Part shown: positions 61,576-64,000 of the stretch, piece by piece | How the letters are laid out: each line of letters begins with the position of its first letter | Numbering within the stretch: position 1 is the first letter of the stretch | Made by a program: the position numbers and the translations under genes | From: Methanotrichaceae archaeon | Lineage (GTDB): Archaea > Halobacteriota > Methanosarcinia > Methanotrichales > Methanotrichaceae | Reading direction: 5' to 3' | DNA: 64,000 nt | Assembly (NCBI GenBank): GCA_963754945.1 | Contig: CAVWIG010000028.1 | Span: 96,001 to 160,000 of the forward strand | The notes under the pieces: model-generated | The model's input: only the letters and a program-made list of their open reading frames with translations | What the model was told of the DNA's origin: nothing | The model's database searches: none

Positions 61576-63189
61576 ATGAAATTCGATCCAGCCCAGATCA
61601 GAGAGGCCGCCGAGCAGGACTTCGACAAAGCCTGGCGGCAGGGCGGTGCGTATCTCGGACATCCAAAGACCAACGATAGATACCCCAGGCGTAACTGTAA
61701 CTATGGCGTGCCCCACCCCATTTTTGACACAATTCAAAAACTGCGAGAGGCCTACCTGAGGCTGGGGTTTTCTGAAGCCATGAACCCGGTGATGGTCGAC
61801 GCTTTGGACGTCTATCGTCAGTTTGGGTCGGAAGCTTTGGCGGTCCTGGACAGATGCTTCTACCTGGCGGGTCTTCCCAGACCAGATATCGGCATATCGG
61901 ACGATAGAATTGCCCAGATCAACAGGATTCTCAATAGAGAGCTTTCTGTAGACGAAGTCGAGGCTGTCCGTCAGATCCTCCACGGCTACAAGAAGGGCAA
62001 GGTTGAGGGCGACGACCTGGTCGGTGAGATCGCCCACGCCGTAAATGCCAACGATGCCCTTGTCTCCACAATCCTGGAAGAGGTCTTTCCTGAGTTCAAA
62101 GAACTTAAAGCCGAGGCAACCACCAGGACGCTGCGAAGCCACATGACCTCAGGCTGGTTCTTGACGCTGTCCAATCTGCACTACCGCCAGAAAGCGCCGG
62201 TGCGGCTGTTCTCCATAGACAGATGTTTTCGCAGGGAACAGGCCGAGGATGCAGCCAGGCTCATGAGCTATCACTCAGCCAGTTGTGTGATAATGGACGA
62301 TGAAGTTTCTGTGGAGGATGGCAAGGCCATAGCCGATGGACTACTGAGCCAGTTCGGATTCCAGAAGTTCAGGTTCCAGCCGGACGATAAGAGGAGCAAG
62401 TACTACACCCCTGGAACTCAGATAGAGGTGTATGCCTTTCATCCCGCACTTGTCGGATCTGCAACTAAGTACGGAAGCGGCTGGGTGGAGGTGGCCACCT
62501 TCGGCGTATACTCGCCAACTGCTCTGGCGCAGTACGACATACCCTATCCGGTCATGAACCTTGGCCTGGGTGTCGAGCGAATAGCCATGATTCTGCACAA
62601 CTCCAAGGACCTCCGTGCCCTGTCTTACCCCCAGTTCCAGGCAGACTGGGAGCTGACACCCAGGGAGACGGCTCAGATGATCAGAGTGGATAAGTCACCA
62701 TCCACAGAAATCGGTCAGGCAATCTCTGAGGCCATCGTCCAGACTTGCATAGAGCACGGCGATACGCCGTCGCCTTGCGAGTTCCCCGCCTGGGAAGGCC
62801 AGCTTTACGGCAGAAACGTAAAAGTATCCGTGGTTGAGCCGGAGGAGAACACAAAGCTGTGCGGCCCTGCCTACCTGAACGAAGTAGTCGTCTACAAGCA
62901 GAATGTGATGGGCATTCCCAGGACCTCTCGCTGGGATGATGCCTTCGCGGAAGGAGTGACCACCGGCATAAGGTACATAGATGCCTTTGCCGAAGCGGCA
63001 GCCTCCGAAGTGGAGGTTGCCACGCTGAACGGCAAGGACTCTGAGACCAGGGTGAAGATAGTTCGGACGCCGGGAGAGATTAACCTGAGGATCGATCCGG
63101 CCCTTGATCGGTACATCACAAGCCACAAGCACAAGATGGATCTTCGTGGGCCGGTCTTCGTCACAGTCCGCAGCAAGATAGTTGAATAA
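61576..63189 (+). CDS. sepS: O-phosphoserine--tRNA(Cys) ligase
   Basis: LRSHMTSGWF, SIDRCFRREQ, YHSASC, NLGLGVER. Confidence 0.97.
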   Translation: MKFDPAQIREAAEQDFDKAWRQGGAYLGHPKTNDRYPRRNCNYGVPHPIFDTIQKLREAYLRLGFSEAMNPVMVDALDVYRQFGSEALAVLDRCFYLAGLPRPDIGISDDRIAQINRILNRELSVDEVEAVRQILHGYKKGKVEGDDLVGEIAHAVNANDALVSTILEEVFPEFKELKAEATTRTLRSHMTSGWFLTLSNLHYRQKAPVRLFSIDRCFRREQAEDAARLMSYHSASCVIMDDEVSVEDGKAIADGLLSQFGFQKFRFQPDDKRSKYYTPGTQIEVYAFHPALVGSATKYGSGWVEVATFGVYSPTALAQYDIPYPVMNLGLGVERIAMILHNSKDLRALSYPQFQADWELTPRETAQMIRVDKSPSTEIGQAISEAIVQTCIEHGDTPSPCEFPAWEGQLYGRNVKVSVVEPEENTKLCGPAYLNEVVVYKQNVMGIPRTSRWDDAFAEGVTTGIRYIDAFAEAAASEVEVATLNGKDSETRVKIVRTPGEINLRIDPALDRYITSHKHKMDLRGPVFVTVRSKIVE

Positions 63190-63214
63190 ATAGAGTAATC
63201 GTGGGGGCTCACAA

Positions 63215-63907
63215 GTGAAGGTAGCGTCTTCTAACCTTGAGGACAAGAAGGCGGCGGGCGAGTCAGCAGCCCGTCTGATCAAAGACGGCATGGTGGTGGG
63301 CCTGGGCACAGGATCGACAGTGGCCTGGACGATTCGCAAGGTCGGAGAGATGGTCGAAGCAGGGCTCGATATCCTGGGAGTGCCTACGTCTTATCAGGCC
63401 GAAGCCCTGGCCATTGAGTCGGGCATAAGGCTCACTACCCTGAGCCAGCACCCGGTTCTTGACCTGGCCATCGATGGAGCCGACCAGGTCGATGCCGATC
63501 TCTTTGCCATAAAGGGTGGTGGAGCGGCCCACACCCGCGAGAAGGTGGTCGCCTGCTCAGCCCAGCGGTTCGTGATAGTGGCCGATGAGAGCAAGTACGT
63601 GGAAAAGCTGAGCCACCCGGTGCCTGTGGAGGTGTTGCCATTTGCAGCCAAGCTTGTGGAGCGGCGGCTGAAGGAGCTGGGCGGCGTGCCGGTGTTGCGC
63701 CTGGGCAAGATGAAGGACGGGCCGGTGATCACGGATAACGGGAACTTCGTGATGGATGTGGACTTTGGGGCAATCGTTGATCCTGCGGGGCTGGCGGCGA
63801 GGCTGTGCCCGGTTCCCGGATTGGTGGAGCACGGGATATTCGACAATCTGGACGAGCTGTACATTGCGAAAAAGGGCGAGGTAGAGGTCATAAGGAGAAA
63901 GGAATGA
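63215..63907 (+). CDS. rpiA: ribose-5-phosphate isomerase A
   Basis: [30 protein letters not shown]. Confidence 0.97.
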   Translation: MKVASSNLEDKKAAGESAARLIKDGMVVGLGTGSTVAWTIRKVGEMVEAGLDILGVPTSYQAEALAIESGIRLTTLSQHPVLDLAIDGADQVDADLFAIKGGGAAHTREKVVACSAQRFVIVADESKYVEKLSHPVPVEVLPFAAKLVERRLKELGGVPVLRLGKMKDGPVITDNGNFVMDVDFGAIVDPAGLAARLCPVPGLVEHGIFDNLDELYIAKKGEVEVIRRKE

Positions 63908-64000
63908 GGCGACGGTTCTTTTGGCCGATTCATCTTTTGCCTCTTAACGGAATCTTGCGGAAAAGCAGGCACAACTCTCATCAAAGTTCTCTCTGAAAGC

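Noticed and set aside
1-64000. tRNA, rRNA, CRISPR array, integrase or provirus
   Set aside because: None recognised by eye; tRNAscan-SE and Infernal would be needed to exclude small RNAs.

Overview
A 64-kb archaeal chromosome segment. Gene content (sepS, aRF1, RFC-L, ABCE1, Nob1, Nre, cupin-type PGI, DUF11-repeat surface proteins) suggests a methanogen, probably Methanothrix-like (inference). Most of it is housekeeping, with two accessory regions. (1) About 24.3-39.9 kb holds secreted/surface protein genes plus two complete IS elements with readable ends: IS1634 (33814-35730, TTTGA duplication) and IS256 (37518-38788, AGAAAAAC duplication), the latter splitting a secreted two-repeat gene. (2) About 43.8-49.6 kb is the most interesting part: an island, AT-rich in its core, built around a 593-aa fusion of a PyrE-like phosphoribosyltransferase and tandem DisA_N/DAC-like domains with a non-canonical active site. 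The fusion is preceded by an overlapping 45-codon TIR-like N-terminal fragment and followed by a 2TM+TPR gene. It is flanked by a divergent second UMP kinase, an intact pyrI whose pyrB partner seems deleted (a 30-aa FKBP::PyrB-like scar remains), and adenylate kinase and RHH remnants. I propose this as a candidate pyrimidine-linked nucleotide signalling or defence system; the function is inference only. No rRNA, tRNA or CRISPR array was recognised.
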